From: Catajapyx aquilonaris
Taxonomy: Eukaryota
DNA: 64,000 nt
Assembly: GCA_000934665.2 (NCBI GenBank)
Contig: KZ538301.1
Coordinates: 1-64,000, forward strand
Direction: 5' to 3'
Every line of letters starts with the position of its first letter. Position 1 is the stretch's first letter. This document shows, piece after piece, positions 63,001-64,000 of this stretch. The notes under the pieces are model-generated. The model made no database searches. It was given only the letters and a program-made list of their open reading frames with translations, and was not told where the DNA came from. A program made the translations under genes and the position numbers.

Positions 63001-64000
63001 GATAGGCGGCATGGCAATCGATTACAGGGCGGAATTAGGCAGTTTTTTTGGCAGAAAAAAGGTCGCCACTACCTCTGACAACTTGTACCTGGATAACTCA
63101 CTTCAAAAGTCGACACATGAGCAGCGAGGCGACAAGCTGTCCGTCATGTTACCGTGTGACAAAATGTCGGGACAGACGAGATATAACAAACTCTGTCCCA
63201 CGACTGATTACCCCCACATCAAAATTCCCGCGACAAAATGGCTAGAGAGGCGAACTTTCAATCGCGCGCCAGAAGTAATTACAGTGTCGGATCAGAGTGT
63301 ACGTCGGCTTTAATTCTAGTAAACACGTCCGTCCTCGCATGGGGCGGGAAAACTCAAATACCGAATATGGCTGACCACCTACATGCACTATCTGGAGTGG
63401 TCAGCGCTGCTCTGTAGGTTGGTATCACCACAACAACGCCTCCCCCCCACCAGCCCTCCCCCCTCCCCTGCGTCCCTTGGGCTAACAAATCTGGGTTTGG
63501 TCCGTTCCGCTTGGAACGACGCCGAAGCGATGGACTGCAAACTGCATTCGAGTGGAAGACCAGGAGCCCATTGATTGGAATACTGATGAAGCCCATTACA
63601 ATGGCAGAACGCCCCCCTCCCTCCCCCTGGCCCCTCCACTACCCGCACCACACTATCCCCCCCTCCCCTCCTCCCCCTGCCCCCCAACCAGCCGTGAAAT
63701 TCCTCCCATTCTCCTTTTATCTCCACCAGTTATGCTGGAAACCGCCCCGACCGCATCCATCCCTCTATTTCCAATCACTTTGTGCCCCGGGATTTTTTAT
63801 CCGGATTAAAAATTAAGTGCTAGATCCTATTGGAAATTTACACCCATTAATCTCCTTTTCATTACCAGCTGAAATGCCGAAATACGCTTTCAATATTAAC
63901 GCGAAAATAATAGCAAATAAAAAAACGGTAAGCTGGGTAAAACGGGAGGGATCTGGCTTGATTTGCATTTTCAAAAAAAAAAAACATACAAAAGGACGGC

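Noticed and set aside
63370..63405. miR-277-like sequence TACATGCACTATCTGG in a short hairpin
   Set aside because: Compared with miR-277 as recalled, there is a seed mismatch and a different 3' end; the match lies in the loop and the stem is too short for a pre-miRNA.
1..64000. Prokaryotic-style system (operon, CRISPR array, defence island)
   Set aside because: No long ORFs, no gene-dense organisation and no regularly spaced direct repeats; microsatellites, a SINE and MITEs indicate eukaryotic non-coding DNA.

Overview
This window reads as non-coding eukaryotic DNA, either intergenic or intronic. It probably comes from a draft insect or other arthropod assembly: isolated Ns sit beside G/C homopolymers, and a tRNA-derived SINE resembles the insect Lm1/Talua type (recognised from memory, not searched). 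I found no intact protein-coding gene, rRNA, tRNA gene, CRISPR array or prokaryotic operon, and the ORF track is short, low-complexity noise. Supported features are about ten non-autonomous DNA transposons (Tc1/mariner-type fold-back MITEs, one hAT-like, one Sola-like, one pogo/Tigger-like, one CACT-ended, one unclassified), one SINE with a 15-bp target-site duplication, two weak LINE fossils and several microsatellites. The window alternates between GC-richer, purine/pyrimidine-tract, TAAT-rich islands and AT-rich spacers that hold the transposons, which is compatible with a cis-regulatory landscape. The most informative locus is 29914-30531, a palindromic MITE carrying a nested second fold-back element. 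Its two arms differ by TA-NNN-TA insertions that look like excision footprints. I cannot support a claim of a wholly new biological system. All alignments and counts were done by eye.
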